The notes beneath the pieces were generated by a model. That model saw only the letters and a list, made by a program, of their open reading frames with translations. It was not told the origin of the DNA and ran no database searches. Positions 52,966 to 64,000 of a stretch of 64,000 nt of DNA are shown piece by piece. A program made the position numbers and the translations under genes. Each line of letters starts with the position of its first letter. Position 1 is the first letter of the stretch. The stretch spans positions 37,163,042-37,227,041 of the forward strand of contig JARDVH010000106.1 of the NCBI GenBank assembly GCA_030324005.1. Direction: 5' to 3'. This DNA comes from Negaprion brevirostris. Its lineage: Eukaryota.

Positions 52966-53761
52966 CGATATTGGTTTTGTTGGGATGTCTGGTATTCTGA
53001 CCTCTATCTACCTCCATTGCAAATGTGATGCAAAGTAATTATTCTGTGGGAGAGGAGAGTTTTCCTGCCACATCCGCTACAGGAATTGTACCAAGTGGGA
53101 AGTGGACCATGCAAAGGCCACTTCACTTCAGGTAGGATTTTCAGGTTTGGGAGCGAGTGCATCCAGAAAATCCCGCCGAGGTATGTCTGGCATTTGCTTA
53201 TTTTCATTGACAATGTCACCATTACCAGTTTGCAAGGGGATGATATTTTCCCCGAGTAACCTCTGGTCCACAACAAAACTAAAAATAATGTCAATTTTTG
53301 CATTCCTTGCACCTTTCTTTTCATTCTCCCTTTTCATAACCCTTGACATCTATTTGAATGTTCTTTGTATGTTTTCAATTTGCCAGAATCTGTGCTAATA
53401 TGGTATCGATGTAAGTTTTTCCTTTTAGTTTTATGTCACATCTGAGCTCTTTAGTTGTCCAGAGCTGTCATTTTTGACAAGTAAAACCCTCATCCCTTTG
53501 GGGCATAAATTAATTCTGAGTCATGTTAGAGTCACTGATCTTCCATAATTTAACCCATTAACAGAATTGTTCTGTTTACTTGGACTGTTGCTGCATCATT
53601 TCATTATTAACATTTATTATCTTAGTAGCTGTTTTGTGTCATTCTGTTCAGCAGGCAAGAGTTTTGCATCCAGCTGTCAAGATCATCAAAATGGTAAATA
53701 TTCTTATTGCTTCTGTTTGTCAAAGACTTCACAATAACACAGTCTCAAACATTGCACATCT

Positions 53762-54476
53762 CGGGGGCAATTCCCCCAGCCCACTGCGCTGCTTGAGTAG
53801 CGCAGTGGGCCAGGAGACATCTGTGGGCTTTCCGCTGGGGGTCACAGCCTCTGTGTGTCTCCGGTGCTGAAATCCACACCGATTTCTGATTTCAATGTGG
53901 AAATTAACATTTGGCATTTCATGAGCAGGCCAGGAACTGTAGTCTCCAGGTCTACTGGCGTTCTCTCCCTCCTCCCCCCGGCTGGGGTTGTTCCCTCCAG
54001 CAGGTTGCTCTCCTGCTCCCCACTAACGGGGAACAGGTGGCCTGACCCTGCTGGACGGAAAAGAGACCATCGAGGTACCCCATAAAAGGTGGGGTAAAGG
54101 GGGGGAGGTGCCACTTGGGCAGTGCCAGCCTGGCACTGTCCAAGGGATAAGCTGACGATACCCAAGGGACACCTTGGCACTGCCCACCAGACACCAGGCA
54201 GTGCCAAGGGACTGGGGCCAATGGGACCTACTGATATGTGATGGGTGAGAGTCTGGGATGATCGACTGCCACTCTGCACTTGGAATGACTGGGAGAATAA
54301 GAGAGCAGGTGATCAGGATTGTCCATCCGGGGGTGGCAGGGGGTGGCAATTGTTGGGGACAGTTGGGGCTTGCCAGGGGGTGGATCAGGAGGTTGGGACT
54401 GGCCGAGTGATGGGATTGGGGTATCAAAGATGGCCAGGTAGGGGGATCAGGAATTGGGGATGGCTGAGGAGAGGCG
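53762..54476. mobile_element. GC-rich non-autonomous element, probably Harbinger-like, truncated at a gap
   Basis: Abrupt GC-rich block starting ggggcaattcccc; ggcagtgcca motifs shared with 63537-64000; second TIR not seen. Confidence 0.5.
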
Positions 54477-56154
54477 NNNNNNNNNNNNNNNNNNNNNNNN
54501 NNNNNNNNNNNNNNNNNNNNNNNNNNNNNNNNNNNNNNNNNNNNNNNNNNNNNNNNNNNNNNNNNNNNNNNNNNNNTGGTCTAGTTAGGAACACATGATC
54601 AGTGCAGGCTTGGAGGGCCAAAGGGCCTGTTCCTGTGCTGTATTGTTCTTTGTATTCACTGATTTGACATTTTGACTCACTTGTCACCTCCTCTCCTTTT
54701 TATGTCTCTTTCCCCAAAGTCAGAGTTAGAATTGGCAAGAAGTGGGGAAGGACACAAGTATATGAATATCTACTTAAGAGTGGAGTCACCTAATTGCAAT
54801 TGAGCCAGATTCAAAGATCCATTTCATGTCTATGGATCTATAGTTGAGAAACACACACAAGTGAAAGAATAACTTGAGGATCAGAACAGAAGCTGAGACT
54901 AAGAAGAAACGTGTACTGCGTGCCTGAGGCTAGAATTCCAAAACAAAGCAGTCAAACAAAGACCAAACAGGAATGGATTGCAGCAAATGGCTTGGGCAGG
55001 GAGGCAATAAGACTTTAGACAAAGTAAGCCATGGTGGAGATCAAGACAAGACTTGCATTTATATAGCAACTAACACAACCAAAAAACATTCAAAAATGCT
55101 TTCTTTAACATTTTTGAAGTGTGGTCATTATTTGAGTTATAGAAAATATGGCAACCAATTTGTACAAAGCAAGCTCCCATAAACAGCAATGTGATAATCA
55201 TCAGATAAAAGTGGCAGTGCAAAGGGCAATGCTCTGTGCAGTGAGGCATTCCTCAAAGATGCAAATTAGTTAGTGCAGATGGTTGTCTGGGAGCAGAAAA
55301 GTCTGCAGTACGAGACAGGAATTGTAGCAGATGCCTTTTTGGGTTTCTTCAAGGATTACAATGGCATTTGAAAATTTATTTTGGAGATCAATACTTTTGG
55401 CAGCTTTTCCACGTAGGTTGGAGTATTAGGATACTCTTGCCTGTTCATTTTCTAGTCAAATGGATGTGCAACATGCATAAAAGGCAACCACTACATTTGA
55501 CAGTATCCAAGCTAAGTTACACTTGACCAAATGATTTCTCAGTATTTGTCTATGCAGAGAACATATTTTGTTCAAACAGGAACATTTATCATTTTTGTAT
55601 GTCCAGAGGTTAGGCATAGGATATTAACAGCTTCTCTTAGAGCACTAAAATCTGGATACATAAATTTATAAAGAGCCTGAGCTCATGACATATTTCTGTA
55701 TCATTTACAGTCATAAAGATTTACAGCATGGAAACAGGCCCTTCGGCCCAATTGGTCCATGATACCTTTTTTTTAAAAAAGGCCACTAAGCTTGTCCCAA
55801 TTGCCCACATTTGGCCCATAGCCCTCCATACCCATCTTACCCATGTAACTGTCTAAATGCCTCATAGAAGACAAAATTATACTTTCCTGCTACTACCTCA
55901 GGCAGCTAAACTAAAAAAAACTAAAGATAGAATTTCTAAATTTGGCAACAATTTTTTGTCAAGTCTCACAGCTGTTCATGTGTATTACTGGGAAGCAAGA
56001 AGATGGTGCAAATCAAAGGAGCATTACCACCAAAAGCTTGGGCATTTAGAATCCCTTGCAAGCAGACAAGAAACAGAAAGACCAAAGGCTTATGAAGGGA
56101 GTAAAGAGCTTTTACATTTTTATTTACATGTCATGTGGCACTAAAACCATGCTC

Positions 56155-58545
56155 ACAAGAACAGAGGAGCCAAGAGTAGACAGTTCAGGCCCTTGAGCCA
56201 GCTCTATCACTAATTAGGATCATGGCTGATCTGATTGTGGTCTCAACTCCACTTTCCTGGTTGTCCCCATCACTCTCAACTCCCCTATAAGTCAGAAATC
56301 TCCAACTCAGCTTTGAGAATATTCAATAACCCAGCATCAACTGCTCTGTAGACCGGAGAATTTCAAAGATTAGCAAAGGAGAAAAGAAATGCCTGTTCAT
56401 ATTCATCTCAAATGGGAGACCCTCATTCTGAACAGTATTCCATTGTTCTAAATTCGTCTATGAGGGGAAGCATCTTCTCAACATTAACCCTGCCCACATC
56501 CCTCAGAATTGTATGTTTCTATAAGACCACCATTATTTCTTCTTAGTCCGATGACTACTGAACCAACCTGCCCAACCATTCTTCATTAAAACGAGGTTCA
56601 TTGCAGGCACCTACTGGACCTACTCTGAACTTCCTCCAATGCCAGTATATCCCTCCTTAAACAAGGAAACCAAAACCGCACGTGGTACTCTAGGCGGGGT
56701 CTCACCAAAACTCTGTAGCTGTAGCAAGTCTTCCTGACTTCTATACTCCATTTTTCTTGTATTAAAGACTAACATTCCATTTGCCTAATTAATATCATAC
56801 CTGCTTGCAAACATTTTGTCATTCATATACGAAGACTGCACTGCACCATTCAGTAATTCCTCTCCATTTAANNNNNNNNNNNNNNNNNNNNNNNNNNNNN
56901 NNNNNNNNNNNNNNNNNNNNNNNNNNNNNNNNNNNNNNNNNNNNNNNNNNNNNNNNNNNNNNNNNNNNNNNNNNNNNNNNNNNNNNNNNNNNNNNNNNNN
57001 NNNNNNNNNNNNNNNNNNNNNNNNNNNNNNNNNNNNNNNNNNNNNNNNNNNNNNNNNNNNNNNNTCATTAATATAAATAGTAAATTGTTGAGACCCAGCA
57101 CTGATCCCTATGGCATTCCACTAGTTAGTTTGCAACCTGTAAATAACCCATTTCTTATTAGTAAGCCAATCCATTACCCCCAACAGCATGAGTTCTCATG
57201 TTGTGCATGAGCACATAACTTGTGTCGCACTTTACTAAATTGTTTTTGAATCCAAAAAAACTACATCTTTTCCTTTATCCACCTTGCTTGTTGCACTCTC
57301 AAAGAACTCTAATAAATTTATAAAACACAATTCCCCTGTCATAAAACCATGTTGGCTCTGCTCGATTGCGTTATGATTTTCTGAATATTCATTTCATATG
57401 TTTTAGGAATAGAACCTTTAGTTTGGGGGGATTAAAATTTTCAATGCATTATAATGGAAGCATCTGATTCGGGATGGTAGTAAACAGGCATGGTCAGAGT
57501 TGAAAGGAAACATATTAAACAATGGTTGGTTTATTTCTCGGTTTCTTGGCTAAAGAGAGATGTTTACAGATGTCTGCATAATTGGTTTATCAGAACAAAG
57601 TGAAGGCTTGGGAATTTGGGGCGGTGAGTTTGAATCTCCATCTGGCACATCCCAAGTATGCCATGAAGATAGATTGTAGGGAGGTTTTTTTTGGTTGGTA
57701 TAACATCCAACAGAAGCAGTTAGCTGGAACCTGTGAGCTATTTTGGGAAGCAGAGAGAGGGGGCTTGCCAGGAACTGTAGATCAACAGCAAAGGGCCAGA
57801 GTTTGAGTTTGAAGTCACTGCAACTAAGCAGCAATGCTCATGTTTGAAGTGGAGTGACTGCAATAGTGAAATGCTAGAGAGTTAGAGGATCACTTAGTTG
57901 GATGCTAATGGAAGGGCACAGGAAATCTCATATTTTGGAGGACAACAGAAACAATGAACTGAATAAAAGTAAATTCTCAAAAGCTGCAGCATACCTAGGT
58001 TTGGCCCCAGGAGAAGGAACCCTCAAGATCCTGTATACAGGAACTCTTAGGCATAAGTATTTCCTTATAAATGCCTATCATGACTCATTTACCATCACAA
58101 CTTAATTTTACCAGTCAAAATAATTTCTCATTCCTGCACTAATCTCATGCTTTATTAACAGAGCTACCCCAGCTCATTGTCCTTTCTTTCCATCCTTCCA
58201 AAAAGTTAAATACTCCTGAATATTGCGTTGCCCCCATCAGCTCAAACACCTTTAGGCAGGGCTAAAAAGGTCTGCTATGTCACTGTTATTCATGTGGACA
58301 AAAATGGCAACTGAATCCTTCCCCAGCCACTCCCAAGTTCTTCTCAAGTCCTGAGATGTCCTCAACCCTGGCACCAGGCCAACAGCACAGCCTTCAAAGA
58401 CTCATGCACTTGGTTGCAGAGAACAAATCTATCCCACTCACTAGAATTTCTCCAACTATTATTTTCTTTCCATCCTTCCAAACAGTTAAATACTCCTGAA
58501 TATTGTGTTGTCAGCCACAGTCACTTTGCAACCATGTGTTAAATA
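56155..58545 (-). mobile_element. Long decayed CR1 (tail, RT, endonuclease and ORF1 remnants), rearranged
   Basis: Reverse tail near 56160; RPRLEYHVRFWFP near 56680; NIQEYLTFWKDGKKG..GVALLIK at 58150-58225; ORF1 esterase-like PGARVEDIS near 58355-58380. Confidence 0.7.
58183..58510. repeat. 48-bp direct repeat (58183-58230 and 58463-58510)
   Basis: tttctttccatccttccaaa[a/c]agttaaatactcctgaatattg[c/t]gttg; two mismatches; copies start 280 bp apart. Confidence 0.9.
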
Positions 58546-59140
58546 CATTATTTTTCACTCCTCCAACTTGAATGGCCCCTGCCCTTGTCTACAGAGGTTA
58601 CATGAACCTCAAATCAAAATTTTCTAACACAAATCAATTTGTAGGGCTGATGTCAGTAAAGATGTTCTAGCATTGAATCTAAATTGGAACCGATGCGTGA
58701 TGGTTGAAAAAAGTTGTAAAAGTTTCTGTAGTTACTTTCAGACACTGCACCTTGCAGCAGGACATTTGTTTTCTCGGTACAAAAGCCTAATCAACACCAC
58801 CAGCACCAACTTCCATTTCATCACTGCCACATTCTATTTTGTTTATGGCCCTTCTGTGCAAGATTATTTATAAACTGTTGCAGTTCATTTTAATTTGATA
58901 ACCTTCATCCGTTTATTTTGACAAATTCTCAGCAATATAGACACAATATCCAAAATTACCCACAAACATTATGGCACTTTACCCTCTAACATTTGGCATT
59001 TTCACCAACGACTGTAACTTTAATATCCTGAAACATCCATCACTTAAAAGGAATACTGCCACTTTTCCAGGGAATGAATTTCACTTTGTAATCAAAAATA
59101 AATGAACAGAAATGTAAATACAGGAAAGAATATTGCTTAC

Positions 59141-59249
59141 CTTTTGGATAATCCTCCAACAAGAGGTTGAAATGACCAAGCTGGCAAAATAAGTCAGGGT
59201 CAACTTTTCCCTCACACTTCTTGATCACTGACTCAAAGCAGTGAATAGC
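59141..59249 (-). CDS. KDM6A: KDM6A/UTX-family coding exon (equivalent to human exon 3), TPR region
   Basis: 109 nt; acceptor ttttgtttag|GCT, donor AAG|gtaagc; encodes [36 protein letters not shown], matching the UTX motif [16 protein letters not shown]. Ortholog versus paralog not resolved. Confidence 0.95.
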
Positions 59250-60139
59250 CTAAACAAAACACAAAAATGAAAAATGAGAATGCAGAGTAATGAAAGATCA
59301 TTGCACTAATCCTGTCTTCAGAGTTTAAAGGTTAACAATTAGGAGCAAATCGGTATTTAAGTACCAATGTGAGGACAGAAGCTAGGGATAATGATTTAAA
59401 TTTCAAAATTTCTTTGCTACGGAAGCTATGTAATGACCAAGTCAATACAGTATTTAAAAATAGTCTACTTAAAAGATTTTAATTCACTTTTCACCTCGGA
59501 GCAATAATAGCAACTGTATGCCTAGGTTTACTCAATCCAGAAATTTCTACCATGGGCAACATGGAAATTGTTTCTGGTTGGAGTTTTTGAAAACATTTTT
59601 TAGATTTTATTTCAAATAACTTTATTGAGTAGATAAGTTGTACATAAAAATGATAAAATGAGACACTCAATGGCACATTCAAAGTGATGAGTGGTCAGCA
59701 TTAGAGATAGTAAATTCCATCTTACACTTACCCCACTATCCTTCACACCTTATTGGAGTAATTGAAATGAGAAAAAATTAGGTGGAATAGGCTGATATGG
59801 GCTGCAATGGTTCCAGTGGATTCTGACCTATTTCCCCTCCCCTGTTCACTGTGTTTTAAGCTGATGTAAAAATTAAGAACAGTCATGCAAATATCACAAC
59901 TGCACATAAAATGCTTATTTTACAACTGCAAACAAAAGAGTACATACTCAATGAGAATTTATTTCCAAGACAGATTGGAAGTTTATCAGTTCCAACAGGG
60001 TCAAAATACTTTTTTCACCTTTTAGGCCATTATAGCATGCAAAGGCTAATAGCTAAATAAAATGGCAACATGATGCAAAGTGACTCCAAAACCGGGTTGA
60101 AAGTAAAGTATTAAGTATTGAGATCCTCTCACATAATAT

Positions 60140-60310
60140 ATAGAATCCCTACAGTGCAGAAGGAGGCCATTTGGCCCATCAAGTCAGCACTGACCACAAT
60201 CCCAACCAGGCCCTATTTCCATAACCTCACATATTTACTTTGAGAGTCCCCCTGTCACCGAGGGGCAACTTACCATGGCCAATCAACCTAACCAACACAT
60301 CTCTGGATTA
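60140..60310 (-). mobile_element. V-SINE/HE1-like 3' fragment
   Basis: tagaatccctacagtgcagaaggaggccatttggccc ... catggccaatcaacctaacc. Confidence 0.7.
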
Positions 60311-60847
60311 TCACCTCTTTCCTCTCTACCTATTTCTTTTAGAAATCCAAAAGGTGTAAATCAATCTCTGCAGAGTATAGTTGGGTTAGGATAAATTCTA
60401 AATGCAATGGAATTCTAAATGGTTGGAATGAATTGTACTGTGTAAAATTAGAAGTTGCACCAACTACATATTACTGCACAATCAACCCATAATGACTCCT
60501 TCACACTGCTTTTGTGAAAATATCCAAGCCAGTCTCGAACACCAATTCAGTTTTTTCCAACGGAGCCACGCATCCAATACACCCAAAACTTACAGCATGA
60601 ATGCAACTCCCTGGAGCAGGAACAAGGGTGCAAAGAATGCTGCTAAGAGGGTATCTTCCACAAGTTATTTTTAGCCAACTTTTTACATGTATAATATTTA
60701 CAGCAGCACAGAAACAGGAGATTTAGCCCAACAAGTCCACAGTGGTGTTTATGTTGCACACAAGTCACTTTCCACCTTCTTTATTTAACTTCATCAGCAC
60801 GTCTTTCTATTCCTTTCACATTTATGTTCATCAGTTTCCCATTGGTA

Positions 60848-61135
60848 GCATGGTGATGATGTCACTGGATTAGTAATCCAGATATCCAGGCTAATGTGCT
60901 GGGGACGTTAGTTCAAATCCCACACTGGCAGCCAGTGGTTCAATTCATACATCTGGAATATGGTCAAAGATTTATGAAACAGCAACTGATTTCTGTAAAA
61001 ATCCATGCAATTCACTAACATCCTTTGGGGAAGGAAATCTGCCATCCTTAGCCAACCAAGTCTACCTGCAACTCCAGATCCACAATAACGTGGATGGCTC
61101 CTCACTGCCTGGTGAAATGGTCCATCAAGCAGTTC
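60848..61135 (+). mobile_element. DeuSINE/SacSINE1-like SINE
   Basis: Box B agttcaaatccc; gggaaggaaatctgccatcctta; homologous to 48475-48868. Confidence 0.75.
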
Positions 61136-61404
61136 ACGAAAGAGTAATTTTAAAAAAACACCTAAGGTAGTTATTTCCCTATTCTAATAGGTAATAAAAA
61201 AATTCTCCTGAATTCCTTATTGGATTTATTAGTCCGAGTGTCTTGTGCTTAGGACCTCAAGTCCTGGTCTTCCCCAGAAGTGAAAACATCTATTCTTGAC
61301 CCACACTGACTGCAGTTTAAGAAATACCTCTATTTTAAAATTCTTATCTTTATATTTGATTCCCTCCTTGGCCTCGCTCCTTATTATTTCTAATTTCCTC
61401 CAAT

Positions 61405-61610
61405 CCTCACATATTTCTTTTGAATGGACCTACCTTATATAAAGTTGATCTTTCTCTACATCCTAGCTGTGACTGTAACATTACATTCTGTACCCTATCC
61501 TTCCTCTCCCCTATGTACACTACGAATGGTATATTTTGTCTGTATAGCATGCAAGAAACAATACTTTTCACTACATACCAATACATGTGACAATAATAAA
61601 TCAAATTAAA
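61405..61610 (+). mobile_element. Rex1/Babar-like LINE 3' tail
   Basis: Ends acttttcact...acatgtgacaataataaatcaaa; homologous to the split copy at 38938-39412. Family assignment from recalled tail motif. Confidence 0.55.
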
Positions 61611-62869
61611 TATTTACACTCCTAAGGCCCCTTTGAGCATCAATAATTTTACTCCCTCCATCAATGGTGGCCATGCCTTCAGCTGCCAAAGCCCCCAAGT
61701 TTCTCCTCCTCTATACTGTCCATTCCTCCTTTCAAATGCTCTTCCTCTTTGGCCACCGCTTGCAATGAGTTGCCCTAATATCTCATGTGGCCTAATAGCT
61801 CACATGGTCAAGTGTCAAATTTAGCTTTATAACCCTCCTGAGAAGTGCTTTGGCACATTTTCACCTTATCAAACCGTTTCAGAACCTTAAACTTATCAGG
61901 TCACCATTTCTAGAAAAAAACCTCAGCATGTTCAATCTTGCTTGATAGGTATTGCTTCTCAATTCAGATATCATCCCAATAAATCGATGCTGCAACTTCT
62001 GAAGTGCTTCAGTTAACCTTTGTTAATATGGAGATCAGAACTGTTCACTGCACTCAAATTCGACCACAGTTCTATGCAAATTGAACATACTTCTCACTTA
62101 TTAATTCTATCCCTCTAGAAATGACATAAGTGCTTTGCTTAGCCTTTTAACATCTTCTGAAAGTATGTTGCTCATTTCATTTTAATGATTTGTGCTATCG
62201 ATGTTCCCAGATTCCTCTGCCCCTCTACCTCAATTGAAGGCCCATATTCCAAGGAGAAAGTGATCATCCTTTCTTTCTCCCAAAATGTATTTAACACTGA
62301 TCTATATTGAACTTAATTACTCATGCCTTTACAGGTACCAATGAACGTGACCTCCACACTTGCGACCTTCTTCCCACAAAACTGATTACCCAGTTCAATC
62401 CAACGTTTCTGTGCTAGCTGACATGAACTGCCCCCTCTCAAATACCCTGAAAAACTTCCAATAATCACTCCCTCGCCAAAAATCCAACCATTGGAGCCTT
62501 TGTCCTTGCAAACTACCAGGACACCTTGACACGTAAACCCTTCCAATCAGACAGCTACAGCGTAAATCTTACATCTTGCAATGAAACACATAATTAATGT
62601 CTGAGGAAAGGAGAATTAATCTTGAATTTACACCCACTAATTATCAGCAACTGACAAGTGGATCTAGGTTTTCCTATTTGATTAAAATTCTACAATTGCC
62701 AATGCTACCATCAGACCTCCACTTCATATTCTCTGAAAAAAGCGCCAGTTTTTCTCTAACTAAAATCTCTCACTGCTGTTATTTTCAAAGTGAACTTCTT
62801 CTGTACAGCATTCTCTCCATGGACTTAACATAATTCCTGAAGCAGGGCATCCAAAGCTCAAGAATATCG

Positions 62870-63203
62870 AGCAGCGTACCACAGGCATCAGCGCTGGGGC
62901 CTCAACTGTTTACCATATACACAGACGATCTGGAGGAGGGGACCGAGTGTAGGGTAACAAAGTTTGCTGATGACACAAGGATGAGTGGGAAAGCAAATTG
63001 TGTGGAGGACGCGGAAAGTCTGCAGAGAGATGTGGATAGGCTAAGTGAATGGGCAAGGATCTGGCAGATGGAGTATAACGTTGGCAAGAGTGAGGTTATC
63101 CACTTTGGAAGGAATAATAGTAAAATGGGCTATTACTTAAACGGTGAAAAATTACAACATGCTATTGCGCAGAGGGACCTGGGGGTCCTTGTGCATGAAT
63201 CAC
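62870..63203 (+). mobile_element. Young CR1 RT fragment ending at a gap
   Basis: LGPQLFTIYTDDLEEGTECRVTKFADDT...LQRDVDRLSEWARIWQMEYNVGKSEVIHFG, open frame. Confidence 0.9.
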
Positions 63204-63536
63204 NNNNNNNNNNNNNNNNNNNNNNNNNNNNNNNNNNNNNNNNNNNNNNNNNNNNNNNNNNNNNNNNNNNNNNNNNNNNNNNNNNNNNNNNNNNNNNNNN
63301 NNNTCAACTCGGCATTCCACCTACCTCCGACAACCTTTGATGCTGCTGCTGATGATCTATCTGTCTCTGCCTCAGAAATATTCAATGAACTTACCTTCAC
63401 CGCTCCCAGGGGAAGAGAATCCCAAAGATTCACAATGTTCTGTAAGAAAAGAATCATTCTTCACCGTCTGTAAAAGGATTATCTTTTTTATATTTTCTTA
63501 AAATTTCTTATTTTTAAACTGTGCCCCCTAATTCTA

Positions 63537-64000
63537 TGGCACAATCTTCTAGCCCATTGTGGCGGAAGGTAGCGTGTGAGGCTTTCGCACCAAACATGAA
63601 CCGGTCTTGAGCCAAAATCCATCTTTCCTGGCCCTGGTTTGCTGGTGTGAATGGATCCATGCCCAAAAAGGGCACAAAGTCAACTTAAAACATTAATGTC
63701 ATTAAAGTATCCAGCACAGCTGTTTCCGGCCTGCCAGACATTTCCCCCCCTTTATCAGCAAGACCTCTCATTACTCCATCCAATGGGGGCCAGAAATGAT
63801 GGCCACACCAGGGGATTGGAGGCCATCAAAGCCTGGGTGGTCAGGGATATGGCCAGGCAGTGCCAGTTTGGGCACCCTGGCAGGGCCCACTGGCCATGTA
63901 ACAGGGTCAGTGCTAAGATGATGGGGCCTGAGTGGGGTTGTAACCGGAGTTGGGGTGGGGCTATAACAGGGAGGGAGGCAAGGAGGAACTCTGCAGTGGG
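63537..64000. mobile_element. GC-rich non-autonomous element running off the window end
   Basis: GC-rich block with ggcagtgccag / gggcaccctggcag motifs like those in 54110-54210. Confidence 0.45.

Noticed and set aside
53842-54598. ORF cluster or CpG-island promoter
   Set aside because: GC-rich repeat-like block with motifs shared with 63537-64000; few CpGs and no recognisable protein.
59250-64000. Upstream KDM6A exons or promoter
   Set aside because: No matching peptide or CpG island; the GC-rich end of the window resembles the repeat at 53762-54476.

Overview
AT-rich eukaryotic draft-assembly sequence with many N gaps. The repeat content (CR1/L2 LINEs, HE1/V-SINE-like and DeuSINE/SacSINE1-like SINEs, Penelope-like remnants) points to a cartilaginous fish, probably a shark. 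The whole window lies inside one minus-strand gene of the KDM6A/UTX H3K27 demethylase family. Five coding exons of the N-terminal TPR region are present (109, 50, 59, 121 and 55 nt; sizes and phases match human KDM6A exons 3-7 as I recall them), all with GT-AG sites, separated by introns of 9.7, 11.9, 16.9 and 18.3 kb. They splice in frame to [131 protein letters not shown]. The rest is intron with decayed transposons; nearly all ORF-track entries are spurious or TE-derived. Best leads: a candidate 23-nt frameshifting (poison) microexon, minimal hammerhead ribozyme motifs in Penelope-like remnants, a Vingi-like LINE, Harbinger-like MITEs, and several local duplications or inversions of already-decayed repeats. 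No wholly new system can be demonstrated from sequence alone. Exon coordinates were counted to the base; most repeat boundaries are approximate and family names come from motif recognition, not database searches.
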